NCBI GenBank assembly: GCA_047285535.1
Contig: JBJBDC010000001.1
Location: 512,136 to 576,135 of the forward strand
Direction of reading: 5' to 3'
Length of the DNA: 64,000 nucleotides
DNA from: Synechococcus sp.
GTDB taxonomy: Bacteria; Cyanobacteriota; Cyanobacteriia; PCC-6307; Cyanobiaceae
Part shown: positions 52,637-63,068 of the stretch, in pieces
Position numbering within the stretch: position 1 is the first letter of the stretch
How the letters are laid out: every line of letters starts with the position of its first letter
Made by a program: the position numbers and the translations under genes
Notes under the pieces: generated by a model
Told to the model about the DNA's origin: nothing
Seen by the model: only the letters and a program-made list of their open reading frames with translations
Databases searched by the model: none

Positions 52637-55470
52637 TTCGCGTAAGTTTAGTGGCGCAGACCATGCGCTTCATTGTGCGTTTTGGGGTCTTGTTGATCCC
52701 ATTGATTTGGATTCTCTCCAGGTTGCAGGTTGAGTGGTTTTGGTTTGATCAATTTGATCTTGGATCCGTTTATGGCAAACGGTTATGGCTGCAACTAGCA
52801 GGTGCACTCCTTGCCTTTGTGTTTGTGGGATGTTGTGGCCTTTGGCGACAGTTTTGGCTCCGTCCTGACCGATCCAAAGAGCAAAAGAGAAATCCCGTTC
52901 TAAGTGGCTATCAGTATGGGTTTTGCTTACTGGCATGCCTGCTTGTATTGCTTTTGGTTTTGGCAATTGATACGCGTCTGGCCTGGCTGGCCTGGAGCGA
53001 ACCTTTTGCGTTGTCTTATTGGTGGGGGCTTCCTTTTGAGACTGGTTGGCCCCTGCTGAGTCTTTCGATTCTTGCGCTGACCCTCATTGTGTTCGGCCTT
53101 ACGCGCAGTCGTCGATTGGGCCTTGCTCAGCTTTATGGAAGCGTCTGTTTCTGTTTGGTCGTGGCGCGTAGCTGGGGACTCTGGAGTCTTGCCTTTGCGA
53201 TTCCAACCATGGGCCGAATGGATCCGATGCTTGGGGCTGATGTGAGCTTTGGACTCGGTCGCTTTTCAGCAATCGCGCTCGTTCTTGAATTGGTGCTGTT
53301 GCAGCTTTTGCTCACGCTGAGCACAGCTCTGTGGAGTCGATTAACACGTTCAAAGTGTCTCTCTGATTGGGTATTCCCAGGGTTAAGTCAGCGCGAACGT
53401 CATGGTCTCAGACCAGGATTTGCCTTTGTACTAATTATCTGTTCTGGCCTTATGTGGCTTTCAAGGCACCAGTTACTTTGGACTCAAAGTGGAATCGTCG
53501 CAGGTGCTGGATGGCTTGATGTTTATTTGCTTCTTCCTTTGCGCTCTGTAAGTGCAATCGCCCTTTTGGTCTTGGCAATTATTGTTTTACCAACTCCACT
53601 CTCCATTAATCGACGACGTCAGTTGAGGCTCATTCTTGCCTCTATTGCTTTCTTGTGTTTTGGATTGGAGTTAGTGATGCTCCCTTTGCTGCATTGGCTT
53701 GTGGTGCGGCCACGAGAATTGCAACTCGAAAGTCCTTTCATCAGTCGAGCGATTGAAGCCACACGCCATGCATATCAACTGGATGGAATTACCACCAGAA
53801 GAATCGATCCCTCTCCCCGTTTAAGTGCTGAAGATCTTGAGGAAGGGGCTAGCACTTTACGTAATATTAGGTTGTGGGATAGTCAACCCCTTCTTGCAAC
53901 AAATAGACAGCTTCAACAGCTCAGAGTCTATTACAGATTTAGCAACGCTGCTGTCGATCGCTATCCGTTGCGTCCTGATCTACTTGAGCGCCAACAAGTT
54001 ATTCTTGCAGCCCGTGAATTAGATCAGACAGCACTGCCAAAGCGTTCGCGAACCTGGCAAAATAGACATTTTGTTTTTACTCATGGTTTTGGTTTCACAT
54101 TAAGTCCAGTGAATTCCAGAGCTTCTGATGGACTACCTGATTACTTTATTAGTGATTTAGGACGTTCTACACGCATTGATGGCAATGATTCACTAGGAAT
54201 CAGTCGTGACGATGTCAAAAAAAATGTGCCAATAGGAAGAGCTGCACTTTACTTTGGCGTTCTCCCATCTCCTTATGCAGTAACTCCTACACAGATTGAA
54301 GAATTTAATTATCCTGAGGGAGATCAAAATACCTATAATCATTATTCTGGCAGGGCTGGTGTTCCTCTGGCCTCTTTGCCACAGCGAATTGCAGCCGCAG
54401 TATATCTTCGTGATCCGAGACTGCTGAACACAGGTGTTTTGAAGCCTGATTCACGTTTATTGCTTCGCCGTGATGTAAAAAAGCGAGTGAAAGCCCTTGC
54501 GCCTTTTTTACAGATCAAGGGCGATCCTTATCTTGTTTCAGTTCCGATGGAATCTAATAACAAACTGTTTGAATCGTCTCAGCATCAGTATTGGATAGTT
54601 GATGGTTATACTGGTTCCAATACTTATCCTTATGCATCCACGCTTCCAAATGGGGAAGAGTTGCGCTATGTACGCAATTCAGTAAAGGCAATTATTGATG
54701 CCTATAACGGCACTGTTGTTCTTTATATCAGTGAACCCAATGATCCAATGATACTTGGTTGGCAAAAGATTTTCCCTGAACTGTTTCATCCCTTGGAGTC
54801 AATGCCTCAGTCATTGCGTCAGCACCTGATGGTTCCTAGCGCTTTATTTGAACTTCAAGTGCAACAATTGCTGCGTTATCATGTTACTGATCCTAGGATT
54901 TTTTATAGCGGAGATGATATTTGGCAAGTTCCCGAAGAACTCTATGGCAAGACTCAAATTCCAGTGGCTCCTTATCATATTACTGCACAAGTAAAGCCCA
55001 GTGTTGATTCCGAGTTTTTATTGTTACAGCCTCTAACTCCTCTGGCTCGTCCTAATCTTTCTGGTTGGTTAGCTGCCAGAAATGATGGAGATCATTATGG
55101 GGAGCTCATTTTGTTGCGATTTCCCAGTGATGTCCCAATCTTTGGCCCTGAGCAAATTCAAGCACTGATCAATCAGAATCCGTCGATTAGTCAAGAATTT
55201 GGTCTATGGGATCGTGCAGGCTCTCAGGTTGTGCAAGGGAATCTATTGGTGCTACCGCTTGGTAATTCTCTTCTTTACGTTGAGCCAATTTACTTAAGAG
55301 CTCGTCGCGGTGGCCTCCCGACCCTTACTCGCGTTGTTGTAAGTGACGGTAGTCGAGTCGCCATGGCTAAGGATTTGCGCACTGGGCTTGAAGCTCTTCT
55401 CCAGGGGAGTGGATCCAAGGACGTGGTTGTACAGGAGCTTGATCATGCTCCTCAACAAGATCCCCAATAA
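52633..55470 (+). CDS. UPF0182 family membrane protein
   Basis: N-terminal TM cluster, NIRLWD, FTHGFG, YVRNSVK, GNLLVLP, YVEPIYL. Confidence 0.9.
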   Translation: MIRVSLVAQTMRFIVRFGVLLIPLIWILSRLQVEWFWFDQFDLGSVYGKRLWLQLAGALLAFVFVGCCGLWRQFWLRPDRSKEQKRNPVLSGYQYGFCLLACLLVLLLVLAIDTRLAWLAWSEPFALSYWWGLPFETGWPLLSLSILALTLIVFGLTRSRRLGLAQLYGSVCFCLVVARSWGLWSLAFAIPTMGRMDPMLGADVSFGLGRFSAIALVLELVLLQLLLTLSTALWSRLTRSKCLSDWVFPGLSQRERHGLRPGFAFVLIICSGLMWLSRHQLLWTQSGIVAGAGWLDVYLLLPLRSVSAIALLVLAIIVLPTPLSINRRRQLRLILASIAFLCFGLELVMLPLLHWLVVRPRELQLESPFISRAIEATRHAYQLDGITTRRIDPSPRLSAEDLEEGASTLRNIRLWDSQPLLATNRQLQQLRVYYRFSNAAVDRYPLRPDLLERQQVILAARELDQTALPKRSRTWQNRHFVFTHGFGFTLSPVNSRASDGLPDYFISDLGRSTRIDGNDSLGISRDDVKKNVPIGRAALYFGVLPSPYAVTPTQIEEFNYPEGDQNTYNHYSGRAGVPLASLPQRIAAAVYLRDPRLLNTGVLKPDSRLLLRRDVKKRVKALAPFLQIKGDPYLVSVPMESNNKLFESSQHQYWIVDGYTGSNTYPYASTLPNGEELRYVRNSVKAIIDAYNGTVVLYISEPNDPMILGWQKIFPELFHPLESMPQSLRQHLMVPSALFELQVQQLLRYHVTDPRIFYSGDDIWQVPEELYGKTQIPVAPYHITAQVKPSVDSEFLLLQPLTPLARPNLSGWLAARNDGDHYGELILLRFPSDVPIFGPEQIQALINQNPSISQEFGLWDRAGSQVVQGNLLVLPLGNSLLYVEPIYLRARRGGLPTLTRVVVSDGSRVAMAKDLRTGLEALLQGSGSKDVVVQELDHAPQQDPQ

Positions 55471-55474
55471 GCCA

Positions 55475-55500
55475 AAAGCCCACTGTTGACAGTGGGCTTT
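55475..55500. terminator. Bidirectional intrinsic terminator
   Basis: Perfect inverted repeat AAAGCCCACTG-TTGA-CAGTGGGCTTT between convergent genes. Confidence 0.8.
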
Positions 55501-55521
55501 GCTTTCATTTAAAGAGAGTGA

Positions 55522-56124
55522 TTAGTTAATTGCAGCAAAGAACTCTTTGCTGCCCTTAGGATCAGGTTTCATTGTCTTTTCTCCTGGTGTCCAATTTGCA
55601 GGGCAGACTTCGTCTGGATTGGACTGCACATACTGGAATGCCTGCAAAACTCTCAGGGTTTCGTCAACATTTCTGCCAACAGGCAGGTTGTTGATTGTGG
55701 CGTGCATAATCACCCCCTCGGGATCAATGATGAACAAACCACGAAGTGCAACACCTTCGTTGTCGTCAAGCACGTTGTATGCAGTGGAAATCTCTTTTTT
55801 CAGGTCTGAAACGAGAGGATAATTAATATCGCCGATACCACCTTGATTTCTCGCCGTTTGAATCCAAGCTAGGTGACTGAATTGACTGTCAACTGAGATG
55901 CCCAGCACTTCTGTGTTCTTACTGGAAAAATCTGCATAGCGATCGCTAAACGCAGTGATTTCAGTTGGACAAACGAAAGTGAAGTCCAAAGGATAGAAAA
56001 AGAGCACCACATACTTGCCGCGGTACTGCGATAAACTTATTTCCTTGAATTCCTGATCAACTACAGCAGTAGCAGTGAAATCGGGGGCCTGTTGGCCCAC
56101 GCGGAGGCAACCGTTGTCGGTCAT
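55522..56124 (-). CDS. 2-Cys peroxiredoxin (AhpC/TSA)
   Basis: [13 protein letters not shown] and EVCPANW. Confidence 0.95.
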   Translation of the reverse strand: MTDNGCLRVGQQAPDFTATAVVDQEFKEISLSQYRGKYVVLFFYPLDFTFVCPTEITAFSDRYADFSSKNTEVLGISVDSQFSHLAWIQTARNQGGIGDINYPLVSDLKKEISTAYNVLDDNEGVALRGLFIIDPEGVIMHATINNLPVGRNVDETLRVLQAFQYVQSNPDEVCPANWTPGEKTMKPDPKGSKEFFAAIN

Positions 56125-56282
56125 GATGAAGGTGCGGTGGTTATGTGACGGAAGCTGGAGACCAGACTCATTCCAAAGTCAGTCCGACTTCAAGTTACAT
56201 CCCTTAATTTATCACGTTTATGAGCTTCTCTGTATGGAGCTGAGCCTAGGCAAGCATTCTGCTGATGAGGTTATAAAATGAA

Positions 56283-56579
56283 TTGATGAATGATCAACCA
56301 ATGTCTTGGGATCAGGCTTTGCTTCGCAAATTCAGCAGTACTGGTCACTTCCGACTCTTGAACCAAGTACGCAGCGAACTTAAAAGCCAGCCTCTCAATC
56401 GAAACACTCAGACACGGAAGCTCACCCTGCAGGCAAGGCCCCATCACGGACAATCTGTTCGACAGCAACGACGACCCAATCCAGTCCCTGAAGATCAACC
56501 AATCTTCACTCCTGCTGAGACCATAAAAGATACTCCTAAGTCATTCAGAGAGCGACTCAATGCCATAGAGATGCGGTAA
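56283..56579 (+). CDS. Conserved hypothetical protein
   Basis: WDQALLRKFSSTGHFRLLNQVRSEL resembles a small cyanobacterial hypothetical. Confidence 0.6.
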   Translation: MMNDQPMSWDQALLRKFSSTGHFRLLNQVRSELKSQPLNRNTQTRKLTLQARPHHGQSVRQQRRPNPVPEDQPIFTPAETIKDTPKSFRERLNAIEMR

Positions 56580-56619
56580 CGAATAAACCGCTGAATCACA
56601 ATTAAAGCCTTCTATTCAA

Positions 56620-56693
56620 TGGCTCGGGGGAGACTTGAACTCCCGACCTTGGGGTTATGAATCCCACGCTCTAACCGGCTGAGCTACCGAGCC
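56620..56693 (-). tRNA. tRNA with CAT anticodon, probably elongator tRNA-Met
   Basis: GGCTCGGTAGCTCAGCCGGTTAGAGCGTGGGATTCATAACCCCAAGGTCGGGAGTTCAAGTCTCCCCCGAGCCA folds as a cloverleaf. G1-C72 is paired, so not the initiator. CCA is not encoded. Confidence 0.92.
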
Positions 56694-56728
56694 ATGACTC
56701 CTGTATTTTAGACGATCACCTGACAGCG

Positions 56729-57760
56729 TCAGGCTCGACCTCTGGGAGGAAGTTGTGCCATTGGATCCATTGCTGAACCACCATGCTGACGAATTTCAAA
56801 ATGGAGATGTGGTCCAGTACTTCTTCCGGTGCTTCCCATCAGTGAAATCTTTGCTCCTTGAGGAATCAGTTGTCCCTTGCGAACTAAGAGACGACTGTTA
56901 TGGGCATAACGTGTAGATGAACCATCAGAGTGAGTTAATTCAACTAGGTAGCCATATCCACTACTCCATCCAGAAAATTTAACGACGCCATCTCTGGAGG
57001 CAACGATTGGTGTGCCGACGTTGTTTGCAATGTCAATGCCTTTGTGCATACGACCCCATCTCCAGCCAAAGCCTGAGGTGAATACCCCTTTGGTTGGCCA
57101 GATAAAAGTCTGCTGATGGTGTTGATCATACGATCCTTCTGGTAACTGAGGCAGTGATGGCCAGCTTGATCCACCAGAACGTGTTGGACGAATAGCCAAA
57201 AGAGCACGTGGAGAGGCTTTAGCGATCCGGACCTCACTTCCCACAACCAACCGAGCTAGGTTCAATCCCGGGTTGAGGGATCTGATTTCACTCACGGTGA
57301 GACCATGATCCTTCGCGAAAGTGGCTAAGGACTGGTTGGATTTGATGCGAACAACTGGTTTGGGAGGGGGGGGAGTGTTTAGTGGTGCCGAGCGAAGAAT
57401 GTTGTCCGCATCTAACTGACTTGAACTTGCAAGTTTGTGCTCAGCATCAGAAGGCAAAACGATCCAGGAACCAGCCTGTATCCGCTCAGAAGCAGTTTGG
57501 TCGTTAAGTGTTAGTAAGTCAGTTGAGGACAGCCCAAGATCTGCGGCTATACCTTGAAGAGTGCTGGATTTAGTAGTTCTGATCCAAAAACGATTTTGCG
57601 TCGTTGGAGCAGATGCCAAAAGAACTGGTTGTTGCGCGTGATCTCCATCTGCAAAACCAGGATGCTGAGAGAGGACAGATAATGACGTTCCCGAAACGAA
57701 TGCCGTAACTAGAACGAAAAGTGGCTTCATCTGATTCAGCGATGGAGAACGCTCCTGCAT
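56729..57760 (-). CDS. LysM-domain M23 family metallopeptidase (NlpD-like)
   Basis: Two LysM-like segments; HKGIDI, YAHN, STGPHLHFE. Confidence 0.9.
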   Translation of the reverse strand: MQERSPSLNQMKPLFVLVTAFVSGTSLSVLSQHPGFADGDHAQQPVLLASAPTTQNRFWIRTTKSSTLQGIAADLGLSSTDLLTLNDQTASERIQAGSWIVLPSDAEHKLASSSQLDADNILRSAPLNTPPPPKPVVRIKSNQSLATFAKDHGLTVSEIRSLNPGLNLARLVVGSEVRIAKASPRALLAIRPTRSGGSSWPSLPQLPEGSYDQHHQQTFIWPTKGVFTSGFGWRWGRMHKGIDIANNVGTPIVASRDGVVKFSGWSSGYGYLVELTHSDGSSTRYAHNSRLLVRKGQLIPQGAKISLMGSTGRSTGPHLHFEIRQHGGSAMDPMAQLPPRGRA

Positions 57761-57839
57761 AAGCCACCAGAGCTCAGGAACTGGCCGAAGGTAGCGGGTG
57801 TAAGTCGGCTGCGCAAGAGCTCAAGTGTCAGCTTGATAA

Positions 57840-58355
57840 TCACCACAGCTTGAGTTGTAAGCCGGCCTGGTGGCTAACGATTGCACAAGCCACAGAAAGA
57901 TTGAGACTTCGAACTCCTCCTTGGCCATCCTTATTGGCACTACAAGGCATGGGAATTGTGGTGATCTCCGTACAGCGATGTCTTGTGGCTTCTGATAGAC
58001 CAGTGTCTTCACGACCAAACAACAGAACATCTCCATGTTCAAAATGCATCTTTTGCAAGGAGATACCTCCTCTGCGACTGCAGCCAATGACTCTAAAGGG
58101 TGGAGATAACACATCCAAATAGTCGTCAAAATTTCTGTGGATGTTAATATCAACATGAGGCCAATAATCAAGGCCAGCCCTTTTTAAATAACGATCTTCT
58201 AGGCTAAATCCCAGAGGTTCGATTAAGTCAAGTGGCAAGCCAAAGGCAGCGCATGTACGAGCAATATTTCCAGTATTTGGAGGTATTTGAGGTTCTAATA
58301 AAGCAACTCTCAGGGGTTTATTTTCTAAAGATTGATTCGCTTGGAGGTATTTCAC
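57840..58355 (-). CDS. trmL: tRNA (cytidine34-2'-O)-methyltransferase
   Basis: PQIPPNTGNIARTC, RAGLDYW, FGRE, RSLNLS. Confidence 0.92.
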   Translation of the reverse strand: MKYLQANQSLENKPLRVALLEPQIPPNTGNIARTCAAFGLPLDLIEPLGFSLEDRYLKRAGLDYWPHVDINIHRNFDDYLDVLSPPFRVIGCSRRGGISLQKMHFEHGDVLLFGREDTGLSEATRHRCTEITTIPMPCSANKDGQGGVRSLNLSVACAIVSHQAGLQLKLW

Positions 58356-58933
58356 GGAACAAGAATGCCGAGTTGCGTTAGGTTTAAGGCTCTACCTTGG
58401 AGAACCAACCAACTTTGAGTCGCTTGTTGTTCAAGGCGTTGGGCAAGTAATCCTTGGCGATCTCTGAATAATCCACCAACGGCTGTAGCTGGAACAACAC
58501 CCCAACCTGTTTCCTCCACCACCATTAGGGTTGGGCTTTGTCGTGACAGCAGACTTTGAATTAGCTCCTCTGATTTTTTTTCCCAATCAAGATCAGTGAG
58601 TTCGAGTAGAGCAGCTGTAAATCCACCAAGGGAATCGATCAATAGGGTTTGATTCATCTTTTCATCGCGAATAGCCTTTGAGAGATTTTCCCCGGGTTCA
58701 ACAAGAAGCCAGTGCGAGGGGCGTCGTTCTCGATGCTTTCGTAACCGCGTTTCCCAAGCCAGATCATTGGGGCGAAGTGATGACGTGGCAACATACGTGA
58801 CGTGATTTTGAGTGCTGATTAACTGTTCTGCCCATCGACTTTTGCCTCCACGGCTGGGCCCACTAATAAGGATCAAACCCTTGGGTAACATTGGGAAATT
58901 GGATTCGTCTTGCAAGGCCTTATCCGCCTCCAT
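58352..58933 (-). CDS. cobU: Adenosylcobinamide kinase / cobinamide-phosphate guanylyltransferase
   Basis: GPSRGGKS, YVAT, HRERRP, EETGWGVVP, FRD. Confidence 0.9.
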   Translation of the reverse strand: MEADKALQDESNFPMLPKGLILISGPSRGGKSRWAEQLISTQNHVTYVATSSLRPNDLAWETRLRKHRERRPSHWLLVEPGENLSKAIRDEKMNQTLLIDSLGGFTAALLELTDLDWEKKSEELIQSLLSRQSPTLMVVEETGWGVVPATAVGGLFRDRQGLLAQRLEQQATQSWLVLQGRALNLTQLGILVP

Positions 58934-60068
58934 TCATCCCTCGCAAAGTGGCCACAGAGGAAGGACTGACACGATTGAGATAACGGAAGATCCAATATTT
59001 AAAGATGGTTGCCAAAATCACAGGGAAGGTGGCGATAAATAAAAGAATAAAATTTTCTCTTGCTGGAAATCCGAAGTGATTCGCTATTCCATCTAGAAGA
59101 ACAGTCCAACCCTCTGGACTATGAAATCCAACAAAAATATCTGTAAAAAGAATAATTGCAAATGCTTTCGCTGAATCACTTAATCCGTAAACAGCTTCAT
59201 CGAAAAATCCCCTTAGCACTCTTAACTCATCACGGCTGAACAGACACACAACCACAAAAGCGATCGTGGCTGCAATATCGGCTAAAACATTTTTAACTGC
59301 GTGAGTACTTTCTGCATCGGCATCGTCTTTTAGTTCTTTAGCTTTCGTGGCCAGCTTTTGTTGAAGCTCCTCTTGACTTGGGATAGTGTCACCTCTTAAG
59401 AGTGCATCAAACTCAATTTCTGCTTTGTATACTCTCAATTTTTCCACAGCCTGCTCTTCCAGCTGAGGTTTTGGATAGCTTAAAAATGGTAGATCCGGAG
59501 CAAACCGATCCACTGCAGGGCTAATGATATATGTACGACTCACTTGTTGTACCAATAGTGGCACCAGAATAAGTAGTAAAAGTACCTTTAAGGAGATCAG
59601 GGTTGAATCTCTACGTCTCCTAAAGCCAGCCACGAGAGTGGCTTCACCTGTCGGATTGAGTTGCCTGCGAACTTTGTCAAAAACTCCAAGCAATGATCGG
59701 GGCAAAGGATCAGGTGCGCGTGTCATGCTCGGAGCGGATCCAATCCTCTTTGGGCTATAACGACTAACCACACTTTCAATCAGCTGCAGCTGTCGCAGCT
59801 CTTGGGGATCGAGCTGAGCTCGTTGATATTCAATTTGATCTAGTGATGATCGACAAACACCAATGGCAACTCGAAATTTGCGAAGAACGGTTGCCTGAAC
59901 GGAGCTAGGAACAGAAAGTTCAAGATCCGGACGGATTGGTCGGTCTCCGTAATACTCAAGCTCAAGGCTTTGGATCAAAAGGGCCGCCTCATAACCCCGA
60001 TCAAGATCTGAATTCACATCCAGTGCATTGGATTTCCCAAAGGCTCCAATCCAGTTACGAAATCCCAT
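58920..60068 (-). CDS. pcxA: Proton extrusion protein PcxA (CemA family)
   Basis: LSDSAKAF, DIFVGFHSPEGW, TFPVIL...KYWIFRYLNR. Confidence 0.92.
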   Translation of the reverse strand: MGFRNWIGAFGKSNALDVNSDLDRGYEAALLIQSLELEYYGDRPIRPDLELSVPSSVQATVLRKFRVAIGVCRSSLDQIEYQRAQLDPQELRQLQLIESVVSRYSPKRIGSAPSMTRAPDPLPRSLLGVFDKVRRQLNPTGEATLVAGFRRRRDSTLISLKVLLLLILVPLLVQQVSRTYIISPAVDRFAPDLPFLSYPKPQLEEQAVEKLRVYKAEIEFDALLRGDTIPSQEELQQKLATKAKELKDDADAESTHAVKNVLADIAATIAFVVVCLFSRDELRVLRGFFDEAVYGLSDSAKAFAIILFTDIFVGFHSPEGWTVLLDGIANHFGFPARENFILLFIATFPVILATIFKYWIFRYLNRVSPSSVATLRGMNGGG

Positions 60069-60074
60069 AGATGC

Positions 60075-60764
60075 TTAGCGGGAGAAAACCCACCAGGTCG
60101 CCATGGGAACAATTGTGCCAACCACCAACAAAACAATCACCCAAGTGAAGGCATTGCTCTCACGAGTTTCCTCCATGGTGGGGACATTGGTTGGGATGCT
60201 GGTGCGATCGATTTCAATAGGTGGGCCAGGATCTTCTCCACCATTCAGTACAACTGCGATGCGTTCAATTCCATTGAGTGAGGCTTGTCGGAATCGATCT
60301 CCATTTCGCATGGGTTGGCTCATCGTGGTCCTACCGGTACTACGAAGTAGAGATTCAGGAAGTTGATCCTTCAGCTGTGCTGAAACGACTACTGCTGCTT
60401 GTTTGTTTTGTGTTTCTTCGAGGAAAAGGATCAGAGGTCGATCACGATCCTGATCATTGTCCGACCAACGCTCCAACAAGGCTTCCCCGAATCCTGTGAG
60501 ACTTAACCCGTAATCCAGGCGCCGCAGAGTGATCACTCTTGCGTCTACTCGAAACGTATCCAATTGCTTCAGTCGACCTTCAATTTCATTGCGACCAGAA
60601 CGACTAAGTACTTCAGCTGCGTCAAGGATGGGGTCCTCAGGAGCTGATGAGGGTAATTCCTGGGGAGCCAGCGCCAACCCATTGGGCACTGCAATTAGAA
60701 GACAGATACAAGTGGCAACAAGTAGCTGTAAAAGTTTGGAAAAGCTCAGCGTCATGAAATTCAT
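60075..60764 (-). CDS. psb32: Photosystem II repair protein Psb32 (TPM domain)
   Basis: Signal peptide, DAAEVLS, TLRRLDYG, DPGPP, C-terminal TM TIVPMATWW. Confidence 0.85.
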   Translation of the reverse strand: MNFMTLSFSKLLQLLVATCICLLIAVPNGLALAPQELPSSAPEDPILDAAEVLSRSGRNEIEGRLKQLDTFRVDARVITLRRLDYGLSLTGFGEALLERWSDNDQDRDRPLILFLEETQNKQAAVVVSAQLKDQLPESLLRSTGRTTMSQPMRNGDRFRQASLNGIERIAVVLNGGEDPGPPIEIDRTSIPTNVPTMEETRESNAFTWVIVLLVVGTIVPMATWWVFSR

Positions 60765-60779
60765 TAGTGCAGTCTGTCG

Positions 60780-61211
60780 TTAGCTGGCGAGGCTGTCGCG
60801 GTTCAAGGCAATGATCGCTTCCATCACGGTCTTCGCTTTGCCCGCCGGTAGATCAACTCTTTGGATCAATTCATCAAGGAACGCTTGTTCTTCGGAGGAA
60901 ACAGTCCGGTCAGCATGGACGAGATGAACAGCAACGGCAAGAGCTGTTTCCTTTTGTTCCTCGGTGAGTTGAGGCAGCGCATCTTGAATCAGTTGGTTTA
61001 AACCATCTTCCCGAAGGCGTTGAAGTAGTGCATCAAACAACAGTGCCATTTCACCTTCGCTTCGCTCCTTGTATGGAGTTCGATATTCGAGCTCTCGTCT
61101 CAACGCATGCGCTTCATCTTTTCCAAGCACTCCATCACAAGCCACAGCCCCCAGCGCGATGGCAGCAAAGGCTTCGGAGTCAGTCATTGGCGTTGGAGTT
61201 TTCTCTACCAT
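60780..61211 (-). CDS. TerB-family protein
   Basis: AVACDG...E and LVHAD...EE repeats. Confidence 0.8.
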   Translation of the reverse strand: MVEKTPTPMTDSEAFAAIALGAVACDGVLGKDEAHALRRELEYRTPYKERSEGEMALLFDALLQRLREDGLNQLIQDALPQLTEEQKETALAVAVHLVHADRTVSSEEQAFLDELIQRVDLPAGKAKTVMEAIIALNRDSLAS

Positions 61212-61255
61212 TTCAGCAAGAGTCAGCCAATCTGACTGCTAGTAGGGCCCAATTC

Positions 61256-61921
61256 ATGTTGAGATCCTCTCAATGGTGTCTTCTTGGAGGGTGCCTCGTA
61301 TTGGGGCTTGCCATTCTCAACGCCAGCAGTGCTGAGACTGTCACTCCAAGTCTGGAGAGAGCTGATGTCCTTGCAGGAATGGCAGGTGTTGGATTGATGC
61401 TTGTTTCTGCCCTATGGACTCGAGCCTCTCCACGCAGCCCAGAGGCTGTTGATCTTGAAGGTGAACAGGGTTTTGTCCTTTCCGAAGATTTGACTGACGC
61501 TGTTCGAGCTGAACTGGCCTGGGGAAGCCATCAGTTTTTAACAGCGACCTCTGCAGCCACGATTCTTGTTTATTGGGAAGGTTCAGTCCTGTTAAGACGT
61601 GGGCTTATGGGTCGTGGGGATTTTGCACCTGGCGATATCTGTCGTCGATCTCAGCAAACACAAAGGCTTGTTTCGCTTGTTAAAACGACTCTCTACCCTG
61701 GTAAAGCTGAGTTTGACCCTGTCTTACCGGGATTGCCTGCCGTGATGATTCAACCTTTGGGTCAAAGTGGTTGGGTCGTGATTGGGGGCTGGTCAGAACG
61801 TTGTTTCAGTCGTTCTGATGAGCGTTGGCTCAGTGGTTGGGCGGAGCGCCTTAAAACAACACTGGAGGTTGAGACGGCTGTGTTGTTGGGGCCTCATCCG
61901 TCTTCTCTTTCTCAATCGTGA
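61256..61921 (+). CDS. Cofactor assembly of complex C subunit B (CCB2/CCB4-like)
   Basis: Two TM helices, ELAWGS, LYPGKAEF, QPLG, RCFSRSDERW. Start set at ATG 61256. Confidence 0.75.
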   Translation: MLRSSQWCLLGGCLVLGLAILNASSAETVTPSLERADVLAGMAGVGLMLVSALWTRASPRSPEAVDLEGEQGFVLSEDLTDAVRAELAWGSHQFLTATSAATILVYWEGSVLLRRGLMGRGDFAPGDICRRSQQTQRLVSLVKTTLYPGKAEFDPVLPGLPAVMIQPLGQSGWVVIGGWSERCFSRSDERWLSGWAERLKTTLEVETAVLLGPHPSSLSQS

Positions 61922-63068
61922 CCTGAGAACGGACTTTGTCACCGGGAGCCATGAAGATCAGTGTTCCCTCTTTGCCGACATTTCCACGAAGCATTTGCGC
62001 TTCAGTGATTTGATTGTTCTCCTCTCGTTCCAGGCGCACGTCTCCTGTTGCTAAGACCGCATCAGTGATCCAGTTCCAGCGACATTGTCGGGCCTTCAAG
62101 TTTTCTCCTGGTTGATTGATTCGGCAACCGTCACGTATAAGGACATAGTTTTCTTCCAGTTGGACCAAAAAACTATCCCCACTGATCTGTGTTTGCTTAA
62201 TCAATGCCTGAAATGGTTCATTGCTAATCAGAGTTTGTTTGCGGAAATTCCAACTTGTATCTTTGGCCCGTAAAAGCCCTTTGTTTTTTGGCATTTTGAC
62301 AATTACAGGTGATTTTACAGTGATTAATCCTTGTTTGGTGTTGCCAATCAATTCTTGACCTTCGAGTTGTTCCAAGACGACCCCTTCTTGATCGCGGCGC
62401 TGACCTAATACCGGGCCATCAGCTTGGAGTGATCCATTTTGCAAGTTCCAAATAGCCTTGCCAGTGCGTATCGCTGTATCGGGTTTGATTTTTAGATCAA
62501 ACTTATCGCGCCAACGATCAAGCTGAACGGGGCCATTCAGGGTGAGATCATTTGTATCTTGCTGGAGAATGGCAATCTCGGCGATGATCCGTGAGTCTGC
62601 ATCAAAGGCTCTGGGTTGTTGATCCATCACCAGACGAGAAAGTTCAGGGGTCCAACGCAGTCGATCTCCTTTGATGACAATCTTCTGTCCATTCAGTTGA
62701 TTTAATTGAACATCTCCTTCGAGCAATATCTGCTCGCCATCATTGATCACAACTGCAAAATCTGCTTTGATTTGAAACGTGGCTTTGTTGTTGTTATAGA
62801 GAGTCCCAATGGGATTTTTGGCTCGCACCATTCTTAGCGTTAGTTCATAGCGAGCCTCAGGACTTGAGAGTATCCAGTCGATATCTCCATTGGGCTTTTT
62901 TTGTTCTAACTCCAGTTTTCGAAACACAAAAGGTGGTGGTCCTGCTCTCTCGGATCTGTTTGCAGTGGATGAGCTGCAACTCAGTACCAGAGTACTGAGC
63001 ATTAACGAGCTGATCCAAAGATGTCTCTTCAAAACTTTTGCTGCGTGGAGTGGAGGAACACTGATCAC
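61851..63068 (-). CDS. lptC: LPS export periplasmic protein LptC (extended cyanobacterial type)
   Basis: Lipoprotein-like N-terminus, repeated OstA-like beta-jellyroll segments. Confidence 0.7.
   Translation of the reverse strand: MISVPPLHAAKVLKRHLWISSLMLSTLVLSCSSSTANRSERAGPPPFVFRKLELEQKKPNGDIDWILSSPEARYELTLRMVRAKNPIGTLYNNNKATFQIKADFAVVINDGEQILLEGDVQLNQLNGQKIVIKGDRLRWTPELSRLVMDQQPRAFDADSRIIAEIAILQQDTNDLTLNGPVQLDRWRDKFDLKIKPDTAIRTGKAIWNLQNGSLQADGPVLGQRRDQEGVVLEQLEGQELIGNTKQGLITVKSPVIVKMPKNKGLLRAKDTSWNFRKQTLISNEPFQALIKQTQISGDSFLVQLEENYVLIRDGCRINQPGENLKARQCRWNWITDAVLATGDVRLEREENNQITEAQMLRGNVGKEGTLIFMAPGDKVRSQVTIEKEKTDEAPTTQPSQPPVLF

Noticed and set aside
56620..56693. tRNA-Met as an integration site
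   Set aside because: No integrase, no duplicated tRNA 3' end noticed, and the flanking genes look like core genes.
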